A DNA stretch of 64,000 bases. It comes from the human T2T-CHM13v2.0 reference genome, Homo sapiens. Shown one piece after another: positions 17,799 to 33,705 of this stretch (the first letter of the stretch is position 1; every line of letters starts with the position of its first letter). Below the pieces are notes generated by a model that saw only the letters and a list, made by a program, of their open reading frames with translations, made no database searches and was not told where the DNA came from. The stretch is taken from assembly GCF_009914755.1 (NCBI RefSeq), contig NC_060931.1. One strand, written 5' to 3'. The position numbers and the translations under genes were made by a program.

Positions 17799-19819
<2,021 letters not shown>

Positions 19820-21399
19820 TAAAAGGTTCATTTGTTTTTGACAAATTTGTAAACTCTCAGCCATTTTTTTTTTCAAATACTTTTTCAGCCCCACCCTCCC
19901 TCTCCTCTTTCTTAGAGCCATGATTCAAATGTTAGGTCTTTAGCTAGAGGCCCACAGGTACCAATTGCAGTCTGTTTTCTCCGCTCAGATTTTTATTTCA
20001 TCTTTAAATTCAGTGATTGTTTTCTCGTTACTCCTCATTCTGCTGTTTAACCCATCCAGTGAGATTTTTGTTTCATTTACTCTTCTCAATTCTAAAATTT
20101 CCATTTGATTCTGCCATCTTCTAAGACTTCCTATTTTTTTCATTTATTCCAAGCATGTTCATGATTGCTCACTGAATCTTTTTTTTAAATGATGGCTGCT
20201 TCAAAATCCTTGTCAGATAATTCTAAAATCTGTGTTATCTTGGTGTTGGTGTCTGTTAACTCTCTGTTCTCATTCAGGTTGACATTTGCCTGGTTCTTGG
20301 CATAAGAGCATGGCTTTCTGTTCTATTCTGCCCATTTGGGTTTGAGACGCTGGACCTTGTTTGAATCATGTTTTCGTAGGTCTACTCTGACACCACCCAA
20401 GTGGGTGACGGGGGCATGTGGTGGGGTTGATGGTTCAGGCTCACTACTGAGCCCCTTTGAATACAGGCAGGGGGAGGGGTGGCTAAGTGCAGCTTCCCGC
20501 TAGAACACGTGGGTCCCACTGATACCATGGGAGTGGGGGCAGTTGTTCCTCCTGGGTCAGGGTAAAAGTCTAAGCTCCCAACATGGCCTCCACTGACACT
20601 ATGGGGGTGGGCCTCATTACCATCCTGCAGGGATAGATGTCCCAAGCTCTCTGCTGGGCTAGCTCTGACACTGCTCCAGCAGGGGATGGGGAGGCCTCAT
20701 TACAACAGGCAAAGAAGGTCTAGGCTCCCCACTTGGCTTTTGCTGATGAGGCTGTGGGATTGGGGCCATGGGTTTTTCCATGGTGTTTGCATAGAGTAGG
20801 GCAGTTACTTCTTAGAGTTCTCCATCTTTCTAAGTTGCCCTGTCCTGATCCTTTGGCTAGAGACACCAGGCTTTGCTTAGCCGTTGGCTCCTATTGGTGT
20901 TTCTGGGGTACTGGTTTCTCCAGTGCCTCATATTTGCCCAATATTAGGCAAAAGAAAACCCAGGGAAATCGATGCTGTGTTATTCCTTGGGTACTGAAGT
21001 TCCTAGCCATTTGGTCTTCTCATCTTTCACAGTAGTCTGATGTTTGTTTTATGGAAGTCCAGGCTGCACTTAGTGGAGGAATAGCGAGAAGTGTGTCTAC
21101 TCTTTCTTGTTTCTTCTACTTTGTTTTGAATAGTGAATTTTCTAACAATGTGGTCCTAGAAAGTAGCTTAATTTATAAAATATATGCTTATAAATATAAC
21201 TTTTATATAATTTTATAAATATTGACTCAGTCAAACCACCAAGGACATGTTCTGCAATCAATGGTTTGTGTGTCTCTCCAATTGAATATTAAGTCCTAGA
21301 TCTAAGCCATGTCTTAGGTTAAAATAATTCCAGGATTTCCCGATATTGAACCACCTTTGCATTCCTGGAATAAACCTCTATTAGTCACTGTTAACAGCA

Positions 21400-21765
21400 G
21401 GGTGCACTAGGTTAAGCTGGGGTAACAAATAGCCCCCCATCTTAGGGGCTTGTAAGGGTTTATGTCTCCCTTATGCTCCGTGTCCCACTGTGGGTCAGCT
21501 GTCCGAGCCCCCAAGCCCTTGAAGTAGCCACCATCTGGAACATTACCAATCTTAGGGACGAAGGCAAAGTGGACAGCATGAACCAAGGGCTGGCACTTAA
21601 AACTTTTACTCAGAAGTCCTGCATGCCACTTCCACTCACAAGCCACACAGTCACACCTAAGTTCAACGAGGCAGGGATGTATAATCCTCCCACAGGAAAG
21701 AGCACTGAGAGGGAGAAGCACCAACCTATTTCGTGAAAAATAATACAATATACCACTACATATCA
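21400..21765 (-). mobile_element. MLT1 (J/K-like) MaLR LTR inserted in an L1 fragment
   Basis: ctaggttaagctggggtaacaaa...aataatacaatataccac MLT1-like ends; L1 ORF2-like sequence on both sides. Confidence 0.6.
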
Positions 21766-24584
21766 CTGGACTCAGTTCACTAATATTTTATTTTGAATAT
21801 TTGCATCAACCTTCATAAGGGAGACAGGTCTATAGTTTCTCGTTTCATAAAAATAATTTGGAAGTGAAAAATTACTTTGTCATTAAGACTGCAAGGTGAC
21901 TGATGTGGTAGCTCAAGTTAAAAGATAAGTGTTAAAAGATAAGTGTTACATGTTTTAGGTGTATAGTAGGGGGTCTAATTTCTGCCTTGGCGGCTTATTA
22001 TTTAATAATAAAAGGTTTTTAACATACCTCATGTGATCTGATAAGTCAATTAAAAAGTTTCCTTAAAAAAATTCCTTTTGGAAATTTCCTCTAAGGGAAA
22101 AAAAACTTGCAAGATAATTTAGGAATGAAAAGTACTCTCTCCTGCAAAGTCAGATTTCACTTCGGCACCCAACCCGTGTCTTAGAGGCATGTTTTTAGTA
22201 TTTTCATTTCCTACTTTTCTGCCCTGGATTATAACATGGGCGCAGTTTTTCTGTACACATTCCTGACAGTGCTTTCAACTCAGGAACTCTGCCAAAAAAC
22301 ATGCCTGAACCAGGAGCGCATTACTAAGGAGGTGAGAATCTTCTAGTGGGTGGAGACTGGAGGTTTTCCTATCAATCACCCTCCCACCTCTTTCTGGACC
22401 GCCCCCATCATTGAGCCTCCTGTGTAAAACAGCATCTTTTGCCCAAGCATCCCAATGAGCAGTATAAACATTGTCTCACCTGTAAGGCAAGTGATTGGTA
22501 AATATTTATTCATATTTTTCAGATGGACAAACTGAAAACGCCAGAGAGTCAAGTGGCCTAAAGCCACTTCCAAAGCTGCTTGCTTTGGGAAAACCCTTCA
22601 GAACTGCCGCTTCTTGAGCATTTCCCTGGCCTTGCTGGTGGCCAGAGGACAGAAGGAACTATTGTTAAGTTCTGGCTGTTTTGTGTATATGTAATTTTAG
22701 TGTCACTGTTCCTGTATACAAATTTTACCAAAACTCAGCAATAAAACCTTATCAGGTATTATCATGTCCTTGGGTTGGTGAATAGGGAATGTTTGCAGGC
22801 AAGTGGAGGCTAATTCTAGGAAAATTGAACAAAGACAGTAAAATCTGTGACTTACTTGAAAGTCATACAGGTCTTGTCAGTACACATTCAGCACAATCTC
22901 TGAAACCTTCATTAACAGTAGAATCATGTGCTTACCCCCAAATCTTTGATGGCCACAAATTGTATGCAAAATGTCAACAGTGGCATTCACACACTGTGGC
23001 CAACCTACCTTTCCAGGCCTCTCTTTTACTTTACCTGCGCTCATCTACACGCTGTCCAAACTGGGCTTCTGATTTCTGGAGCACAGCTCCCATCTGCCCG
23101 CTCTGGGGCCTTTCTTCATGTTGTGCTTTCCACTTGCATGTTGTGCTCTCCATCATGTCTGCTTATCAAAATCTTGGACTTCAAGGCCCACAGGGACACT
23201 ACTGCCTCTGGACAGCCTCTTAGATTCCCCCTAACTGATATCTCTCTTTTCTACATCATTTTTAGCACCACAGCTTGAAATTCTTTTGGCACAGTATTAT
23301 AATACTCTCCACAACCCCTGCCCATCCACCCAGCACACTAGCTGGTAAGGAACTTGTGGGTGGAGGCCCTGCAGCCTCTTCTATAGTAAAGCACATAGGA
23401 GTCACGCTACCATTTGCTGGCTGTGATCCCTCTCCTGCAGTCTTTACAAGTCTACAGTTTGTATAATTCTAGGAAACCCCTTTCTCTGGTCTCTGGGCTA
23501 TCCTGTCTCTTTATGGGATGTACTGGGGGCCCTTCCTCAAAAAGTCACCTTTTCCTCTGATGCATTATCCAAGACATCATTAAGGTAGTTAGTGGAGTCG
23601 ATGGCTGAGTCACAGTGATGAATGGATATACAGGAAACAGTGGACTGCAAGTGTACATCACTGCTATCCTCAAAGAACAGGAAAGACAGTGTCTACTGCA
23701 GTGATCAAGTTCCAGCCTGTTCAGAATCACCCATAAAGGCATTAAGTGCACAGGAAGTAAATGTGAACAGAAAAAATACCCGAGATAGCGGCTTTCAAAT
23801 AGAAATCAAGGAGCACTTCACTACATAATACTATTTCCTATCAGGTAGATTAGAAAAGCCTCTCCATTAATTCAAACTCTACACTTACTTTTACTTCAGA
23901 ACAGATGGCCAACCTAAGCCCTGGTTTTCTATAATTTGGCCATAGCAAAGAAACAAAATTCAAACACTAAGATAAAGTAAAAGTTGTCAGAGAACAGACA
24001 GATAGGAAGCACCACATAAATTCACAACATATAGACAATAGGACAGTGTGTAACTTAAAGAGCAAAAGCACAAAACTGTACAGTGCTCTGCCATTTATTT
24101 TAAAAGACTGTAGAGATTGGAATATTTATCTGAACACACTGACAAAAGTGCTCTCAGGGAGACACTTTTCACTGTATAATCTACTCAAAGAACACATAAA
24201 TATGTTTTTAAAGAAACAACTCCAGAATAGAGATAACTTGTAACAACTGAAGACCTCATACTCTACTAGCATGTTTAAGCTCATTTTTTTTTTTTTTTTC
24301 CTGAGAGGCTTCTCTTCAATGAATATTAAGAATGTAGGAAGAGAGCTCATGGCTGTCCTTCATTGTAGACAACCACAATGGCATTAAGCCTGCTAATGCT
24401 AAGAGGGTTAAACTGACCTTTTCAAAGCAGATACCAGATTTCTGTTTTTGTAGGCTCTGGTGCCCAGAAGGAAGTTCTTTTGCTTTATAATATGTTTCCT
24501 TATAAGACTAATAAAACCTAAGGATACAATTATCTAACATGCGGTTAAGTTGTTTGGAAAGCAGATGGATAAGAACCTATTAGC

Positions 24585-24969
<385 letters not shown>

Positions 24970-25331
24970 TAACTTTATATGTATATGTACACATATAAAT
25001 TTTCTAAGCTTTCAAAATGTTTGGAATAAAAACAATTATTTTGCAAATCTTCAACTGGGCAGATGGTTGGTGTCTGAAATAGAAATAAATAAAAGCAAAG
25101 CAAACAAAATATTCCAAAGTGATAGAGAATGTCCACAAGCTACTTAACAACATGAATTCAAGGTAGAGTGAAAAACCAGTGGTCTTCCTCATCATTCTCA
25201 GGTCAATAATTTAGAAAAAATCCCTTCAGTGCTACTAAGCTTCAGGCTTTGTAATGAGGACTGAAAATTCCAGGGGAAAGGAAGAGGAAGAGAAAGGAAA
25301 GAAATGAGAACTAGCAAAGATCAACAAACAT

Positions 25332-25337
25332 TTTATT
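25332..25337 (-). terminator. COA1 main polyadenylation signal AATAAA
   Basis: tttatt on +; about 300 nt after the stop and followed on - by a U/pyrimidine-rich downstream element. Confidence 0.8.
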
Positions 25338-25640
25338 AATTCTGATTCCTTTTATCATGTGCTTTTTTATACAAAGCACTTTCAAATACATTACATTATC
25401 TTAAATTTATAATAGGAGTTTCTTTCGGATTCAGTTTAAAAATGACAAATAGCATTCGTTGTGCCCAAGTTAGAATTACACCAAAATTACCATGTGCTGG
25501 CACATACCATCATCCCACTGGTGGCTGGAAAACTGGGTTGCAGGAGTGTCTGTCACTGAGATGGGCCACCACCCCAGTGGCCATATGGTAGAGATGAGGG
25601 AAGGATGGACTAGAAGCAAGCTGGGTCTTCTGGGTCGTCT

Positions 25641-25740
25641 CTACTCCTTTTTCACTTCATCACCGTTTTCCCCACTGAGCTTGAACACAGGAATCTGCTG
25701 ACCATCCTTGAGCTCTAAAAAGACCTCGTCAAGGTGCCAC
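25641..25740 (-). CDS. COA1: COA1 last coding exon
   Basis: Minus-strand acceptor tttctctCAG|; (R)WHLDEVFLELKDGQQIPVFKLSGENGDEVKKE-TAG. Confidence 0.96.
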
Positions 25741-26631
25741 CTGAGAGAAACCAAAAGTATAGTATCTCTAATCTATGAAGGCTGAGGCAACAGCCGTAGT
25801 CAAAAAAAGGGGCGCGGAAAGCAGTTGTTTTGAATAATGCCTTAAATTTTTTTAAACATTATTTTGTGCGAGTGCTGTGTCAACACAATTTTTAACATTC
25901 TACCATGGGCTCTCATTATTTAACCAGCTTCGACTTCAAGGCAGGCTTAACAATGACTGACAGGCGAATGGAAGGGACATCAGGAAGAAGGAGCAGTTTA
26001 TTTCTCATTTCCTAATTCACAGTGACCTTCAGTTCCTGGCATGGAATCCAGCCAGCTTGTACACTAATCCCAGGCTCAGAGGTCAGTGAGCCCAGGGTGA
26101 GCTAGGTGGGGCCTCCTGCTCCTTTTGTCCTTGGGAATTAAAATACAGCCTGGCTAAACAGCAAACATCTATGAGAGAGGCTTCCCGTGGGGGAAGTGAG
26201 TGGATGTAGCTATTGGCAACCAGACAAGCAAAGCCAATTAAGGGGTGGAGAGCTTATGCAAAGAATGTGATGAATAAATTCTGGAACAAGAGTCCATGCC
26301 CTTTATTCATTTATAACAATTGAGGCAGTCAAGTGAGAAGCTGTAACATAGCATCAAATTATGATAGACCCAGATCACTATAACTGGAAAGTTTTACAAA
26401 TTCAACGGCATAAGGAGAGGGCAATTCAGTAGACTGTATGGATAAACTGGACTCAGCTAAGAGCCGCAGTACTGGCTTGCTGCCCAGGCCACGAAGCTTT
26501 CAGCTTCAAGCTTGAAAAATAATTCTTCCTATGCCCACAGTAATTTAACAACAAATGAAAACGGAGTTGGGGTTGCTTTCATCAGGAAGTCTTCCTCCCG
26601 CTCCCCCACTGCCGTCACCTTCCCAGGATAC

Positions 26632-26708
26632 CTCTGAAAGGGGCCACCTCTGGATGAGTGGACGTAGAGAAGGCCCTCTGATTTGGATCCAGAGACAGGA
26701 ATCTTCAA
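26632..26708 (-). CDS. COA1: COA1 coding exon (77 bp)
   Basis: cccaCAG| ... |GTATCC; LKIPVSGSKSEGLLYVHSSRGGPFQ(R). Confidence 0.96.
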
Positions 26709-26984
26709 CTGTGGGTGTAAAATGACAGAAAGGAGAGATGTAATTGGATAATTATTGTCATTTCAGAAGATGACAAAATGATGCTTTCTAGAGCTAAGCC
26801 TATAAAATCCAGTGATTCTCCACAGAAGTGAGTTCTTTTCTAACAGCCCAGCTGGAGAATCCACTTGATTTTCCAAATGTCCTGCCCCTCTTTGGTTGGC
26901 TGGTAAGGTCAATGGCAGTCTTTCCATTTGGCAAGGAGGACTCCTATGTCAATGCTCTGGGTACTTCCAATGATCGCTCAAAAG

Positions 26985-27610
26985 TCCACTGTTAAAAAGG
27001 AGCAAACTCCTGATACACGGAGCAACATCGATGAATATCAAAAACACACCAAGCCAAAGGGCTTTACACAGGAGGAGTATATAAGTATTTATGTTAAATT
27101 CTAGAACAGGCTAAACTGTCCTGGAAACCTGTTGTTATTTTGATGGATTACAAAGTAATTTTCAAACATCATTTTAAAAAAAAGAAAAGTGACTGCCTCT
27201 GGTGGAGCTGGAAGATGTGAGAAGGGACCCATTGGGTAGGGCACGAGGGAATTCAGGTGCTGGGAACAATCTACATCTAGATAACGGCTTGAGTGACACA
27301 ACTGGGTGTATTTGTTAAAACTCATCAGATAGGACGCTTGGATTTGTGCCTTTCACAGAATGTAAATTTTACCTCAAAAAAAAAAAAAAAAACCAGGAAC
27401 CATAACAAATATTAAACTCTACTTAATGATATATGTGCTTATGTGTATGATGTTTGAAAATTACTTTGTAATCCAACAAAATAACAATACAGATTCATGG
27501 AAACAGAGCAAAATCCAATTGTAGAATCCAGGTACCAGCTATAGGTGCTCACAGTATAAATTCTTTTGTCTTTTTTGTACGTTTGAAATTTTTCATAATA
27601 AAATACCAAA
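26985..27610 (+). mobile_element. L1ME-like 3' end
   Basis: tttgttaaaactcatcaga...tgtaaattttacctcaa...tttgaaatttttcataataaa motifs. Confidence 0.6.
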
Positions 27611-28226
27611 AAAAATTCACTGTTTTAAAGAGGGACCTATTGCCAGGAAATTGGTACATATTTTGACCTGGACCCTAAAGAACAGGCTTTAAAGAAAATA
27701 CAATACATGAAGGCTTGTCTGAGAAAGACAACACAGAGTTCTCAGTTTCTCCTTCATCCCCAGCACCACAGGCTGGGCTCGTACCACAGGGATGCTGCCA
27801 GGTGCTGCCATGCCCATGCTCAGGGAGTCAGCCTGAGAGCCCGTAAGCAGTTGATCACACTCCGATTGAGAAAAAAAACAGTGAATGCAATATTTTTGGT
27901 TTCTCATGAAAACCAAAGAAGGTATGAGCCTCGCGAAGGAGACACAGGCACAGTTAATAAGGAAGCCCATCATGAGACAGGCATCTCCCAGAGTGCCTTC
28001 CTGTGTCCTCGGTGATGGCCAAAGATACCTCCCGGGGCAGGGGCAGGGGAGGGAATTGGGGCGGGGAGTATCCCACCCATTCCAAGTTGCCACCAAGAGA
28101 AGAAACTACTGAGGTACACATTTGTGCTTTCCAAACACACCTGAAGGAAGGCACAAGATTTGGAACATGGCTCCATAACTCAGGTGAATAGGCAGTCACC
28201 TAGTCACACTTCAAGAACAAATCTTT

Positions 28227-28562
<336 letters not shown>

Positions 28563-30585
28563 CTACAGCTTTTCTCTGGAAATTATAGAATTAAGCAACA
28601 GAGTATACACTGAGCATCTCTGGATGCTTTAAAAAAAAATTTAAAAAGGAAGGAGAAAGAAATGGGCAGAAGCAAGAAGGATTCTGAAGAAGAGCAAACT
28701 CTGAGGGGCCAATGTCTGAACTGTGGGCAGCTGTGCTTCCATGGGTAGATGTGACACTTTACAGGTTGGTTCCTTCACCAGCCAGACCTTGCCAAAGATT
28801 AAAGCAGGAGTTCTGGTAAAGCAAAGTGTTGGTCACTGGTGACTATCTCACACACATACTTGGGAAAAAATCCCAATGTATGACAATTACTTCATGAACA
28901 ACTGAAACATCTCACCTCTGGAAAAACTGTAAAAATTGCAAATAAAGGAATTCGGGATAAGAGGGCATATGCTGTATACAGGCATCCTCACAAACCGCTG
29001 ATTATAAAGAAAGGACCCTGACAGAATGTCAAAAATAGTCCACAAATTGGAAGGCGTGCACTGAGGCTCCAGGTGGCCATGATGCAGCAGACTCTGAACT
29101 CCTGTCACTGCAGAGTCACAGCATTTGGCCGCAGTAGAAGCCAGAACCTAGCACCACAACCAACATAGTCACAGCATGGCCAAGGCCCCAGGGATGTGGG
29201 GAAGCCCAGGAAGGCGCCCTCTCAGCACCACTGGGGCCAAAGTGAAAGCTGGACAGGACAAAGCTCCCACCAAAACCACCATGGCCTTACCCTACTCTCA
29301 CTGGGGTTCCTGGAGCACCAGATCATGGATGCTGCATCAACCAGCCCCAGCAAAGGCGCCTTTGGCACACAATTCCTCAGTGCTACAGCTGGGCTCTGTG
29401 CTGAGAGAAACGCAACAGCCAGACCTACCCAGTGGCTTTTCCAAGTTCTCAGGATTGCTGGGGTCTAGCCAAGTGACCAAAGGCAAGGAAGCAACAGACA
29501 GGCTCCGCCACACCATGGGAGCAATCCGGTGGCCTGGCACAGAGTGAGCACTCCACACATGCCCAGCCCTTCCCTGTGCTCCTCCTCCAGGATGTCCTCT
29601 CTCACGCAGTGTCGCTGCCGTCCTTCCACTCACGTCCATGCTGGACACTGGACCATCACCTCTGACCCACCCGCTCCTGATACATGACTGTTACCAAGTT
29701 CTGTCACTTGGATGCCACGATGGCTTCACATCCGTCTTTTGCTTCTCCAGGCCACACCTCTGGTTCATGCTCTCACCACTGCACACCAGTGTGGCCACAT
29801 CTCTCTCCTAAAGGTGGCTCCCCGTAGCCAGTCCCTGGGCATTACCAATCTACACAAATCCACCTTCTTTTAAAACCGAATATTTTAATCAGAATACCAG
29901 AGCATGAATTGCTTTTGTAGTTAGAAAAAAGTCTCATTAGAGCTGGGTCCATTAAGAACATACTAAAAATAACAAAAAATAATGTAGGTCGGATCACCTC
30001 ACTCATCCTCCAAATACTTTACGGGCTTCTGCTGCCAGAGTCAAGCACACACCTTCCAAGATGACACTGTGGCCCCTGGTGGCCGCAGCCCCTCCTACCT
30101 GCCCACACCCACCTCGCCCACCTGTGCCTCCACTGCCATATCACACTGACAGGCGACACAGTGATGAACTTTCCCAGGCATGCTGCTCCTCAGCCGGGTG
30201 TTCCTCTCCACCTTTCAAAGTCCTCACAGCCATCTCCCAGGCCTCGAGCCACTTCCCCTAGGCCTGCACAATAGTGACAGGGTTTCCCTCACCCTGTCTT
30301 ACTCAGGAATTTTCAACTGTAAACCCCCAAAAGCCTTCTGCACCTCTATTCCTCACATAGCTTAGAATCATTTCTCAAACCAGAGCATATACTCAAAATA
30401 TGTTTGTTAAACAGAACAAATGTGTTTTACATGCAAGTGAGTGTGATCAAGTACAAAAAGATAAGTTATAGCTAAAAAAATGGGTTGGTATTCTGTGGAA
30501 GCAATGTAAATAAATACACTTTAAAAATCAAAGTTTAAAGAGTTGGGTACATTTGAATGAGCACTGACTGGATATAGATGCATTT

Positions 30586-30769
30586 CTCTTTTTTTTTTAA
30601 TTTTACAGACAATTTCACTCTGTCACCCAGGATGGAGTGCAGTGACATGATCATAACTCATTGCAGCCTCCAACTCCTGGGTTCAAGCGATCCTCCTGCT
30701 TCAGCCTCCTGGGTAGCTGGGATTATAGGTGTGCACTATCACGCCTGGCTAAATTATAGATAGATAGAT

Positions 30770-30822
<53 letters not shown>

Positions 30823-30866
30823 GGATAGATAGATAGATAGATAGGCAGGCAGGCAGGCAGGCAGGC

Positions 30867-30910
<44 letters not shown>

Positions 30911-30985
30911 TCTTGCTGTGTTGCCCAGGCTGGTTTCAAACCCCAGGGCTCAAGCAATCCTCTTACCTCAGCCTCCCAAAGTGCT
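30586..30985 (-). mobile_element. AluJ-like element with microsatellite in its linker
   Basis: Two arms separated by a STR. Confidence 0.85.
30757..30905 (+). repeat. Compound STR (TAGA)n-(GGCA)n-(GA)n
   Basis: About 20 GATA-type units, about 6 GGCA units and a GA run, seen directly. Confidence 0.95.
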
Positions 30986-31321
30986 GAGAGCTATCAAAGC
31001 CAACATGGTAGCAAACCACCACTGGTCATTTCTCTACTACCTTCAATTCAAGATGGCGACATCAGCATACCCACTGCATTCCCTGCCACATCAATTCCCC
31101 AGAATGGAAGAAAAGTATACAGAAATATCTATAATATAAAATATATTTTATATAAACATTAAAATCCATAATAGAAAAACTTTTTTTAAAGGTGCCAAAC
31201 CTAGCTTTACTTAGTGGATTTTCCCATCCCAAATCCTTAACTCCAGGACTTTCCAGGAGACAGTAGACTCTCCTGTCCTTCAGCAGGCACCAGCCTGCGG
31301 TTCGCAGGGAAAGCACATTAC

Positions 31322-31470
31322 CTTGGCATCAACAATGTCCACGAAGTTTTCCCTGTCGATGAGCTTGAGATAATGGATGTTGAGAGGAGGGCCCAGAGCT
31401 TCCTGTGCCTCGGGATGGCTCTGCAGCTGCTCCACTGCCAACTTGTAATATAAAGCCCTGGAATGAAACT
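31322..31470 (-). CDS. COA1: COA1 coding exon (149 bp)
   Basis: ccTTAG| ... |GTAATG; (K)FHSRALYYKLAVEQLQSHPEAQEALGPPLNIHYLKLIDRENFVDIVDAK, seen in ORF 31280..31489. Confidence 0.96.
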
Positions 31471-33605
31471 CTAAGGACGAAAGACACACTTATTTTCTTT
31501 ATTGAACTTGGTCAGGTAGAATCTACTACACAGAAAATTAAATAATCCAACTGACGTACAGGGTAGAAACAGAAACGTGAAATCTGTGGATGGACGAATA
31601 ATTAAGGCCATCTACTCTAAATTGTCCATTTTACAGACTCAAAAACCAAAGCACAGGTAGGCAGTGTTTTGCAGGGATGTGCAGATGACCTTGGGCCTTG
31701 ACCTCATGCAGACCCTTTCTGCTTCACCTCATTTCTACCCTCACTCATTGCCTTATTTTGACACCTAAGAGGTTTGGTCAGCTCTTCTCTAAGTTTCCTC
31801 TCAAGTCTCTAAGTTTGCTCTAAAGTCCTACTATGATTCCATGACTTGTTCAAAGTGACACAGCTGGTCCATGGCAAAGCCGAGGCCAGAATCCATGATA
31901 CCTGACTTCTCAACACTGCCTGTTCCACTAAGTTGAGACATAAAATAGAAAGACCACAACATTAACAACAAAACCCTCAGGCCTAGAAACAGGATATGAA
32001 AATGTTCATTCATCAAGATTTAAGCCAACATTTCAACTCAAACTGCTCTCAGTCTCAGGAATCCTTCTGAGCCCACAGGCTACCTGGGAACTCCGGGAAG
32101 CACCTCCCTGAAGCTGTAAGTTCTAATAATCAGCTGCCCAAAGGAGGGAGCAGAGGCAGGCTTCCCAAGCAGGGTGTTCAGTTTGGCCGCAGAAAGTGCT
32201 TCTCTTCTGAAGGTCCCATCACACTAATGAAGGGAAAGGTGACCTGACCCTGGAGAGGCCAAGGGAATCCCCCTCCTGGGCTGCTTCCCAGGAATAGGGA
32301 TACAGGGAATACCACAGGCATGAACACGGTGCCAGCTATGATAGGAAAAGAAGGGACAGAAGCAGGGTCCAGACAGCTAATCTTTATTGAGTGATTTCTA
32401 TGGCTAGGCACTGTTCTCAATATTCCACACATCTCACAATGTTCAACAGCTCTTGTGTTGTGAGATTCAATTCTCACCTCATACACAAGCACTAACATTA
32501 CCACACATCACACCAATAAGGTAACTAATGCCCAGAAAGGTGACGGACTCCCCCATAAGGCCACATAGCTGGTCAAGAGCTGGAGCCGAGATTCAACCAT
32601 TCAACCCAGGCAGTCGGCTGCAGTGCCCAGGTCTCACCGACTTAGCAGCCTCCTAAGGGAGAAAGGCTGTCACACCAGAAAGCTGAACCCTGACCCAAAA
32701 GTGCACCCATCCCTCTCATGTCCTGCCCCTGTCCCTTTGGCAGAGGGAAGAGGAGGCCAAATTATTCAGTCTGAATCATTCCTGGGAACGCTCATCTCAG
32801 GCCCCCTCCAGACTCTGCAACTCCACCAACTCTGCAGGATGGTGCAGAAAGGCTGGAGAGGACACTGGAGCCTGTCTGCTTGTCTGCTGGTGACACTCAC
32901 ATCCTGGGAAGAAGTGAAAATGTTGCAGAGTGGATGACGAGCCAAGCTGGGTGGGGATAAAGGAGCCTAAAAAAAGCCAGTCTAGAAAAAACTGCTGCCG
33001 CTTTGCCACCAGTAGCATTAAAATGACCTTAAATGTCCTGGCTGCTGACAGTAATTGTGGCCTGTCTTTACAAATTCAAATTTGAGTGCAGTGGGGCTGG
33101 AAGCGGCATCTGTCGGGATTTTGCCATCGTGGTCTCTGCTTTTATTTTCTGCCCCTGCCAGAGTTCCTTGCTCATGGTCCCTCCTCCATTAAATCAACAG
33201 CAGAGAATGAAAGTGCAAAAAAAGTCTGACAATGCTGGACGCACAGCCACAGCTTTCCCCACCTGTGAACCATCTGGTATTCCCCTTCCCTCTGTCCCTT
33301 CTTTATATAATCTCAGAATCTTGATGGAGCCCCTGTGTGTGCACTGGACTGAAAGCCCATCGTGCTTTGCTGGGCTTCTTATGCATATTAGTCCTGGTCC
33401 TTTTATTTGTACTCGTTGCTCCTGGAAAAACTGAGATTACAGGATACAGAGGAAGCTATAGCCAACGAAATGGTGGACTAGCCTTTAAAATCACCCTCTC
33501 CTCCTTTCTCTAATCTAAACAAAGCATCTCAAGTATTTCCTCTGATGGAGGAGCAGGAGCAGGCTAGGAGGAGGTCAGGCCGCAGGCGGCTAGCAGGATA
33601 CTTAC

Positions 33606-33705
33606 TTTGAATGAGGTAATACACAATGGCAAAGCCCCCGGCATAGAACACACCGTGGAAAAGGATCCTTGCTCCCAGAGGCATTGACCGCCTGCTTCCT
33701 GCATA
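33606..33705 (-). CDS. COA1: COA1 coding exon (100 bp) with transmembrane helix
   Basis: tttttAAG| ... |GTAAGT; YAGSRRSMPLGARILFHGVFYAGGFAIVYYLIQ. Confidence 0.96.

Noticed and set aside
30769-30957. ORF with SIYL/SL repeats
   Set aside because: Translation of the microsatellite
31135-31154. 20-bp AT-only palindrome
   Set aside because: Low-complexity AT sequence, where such palindromes are common
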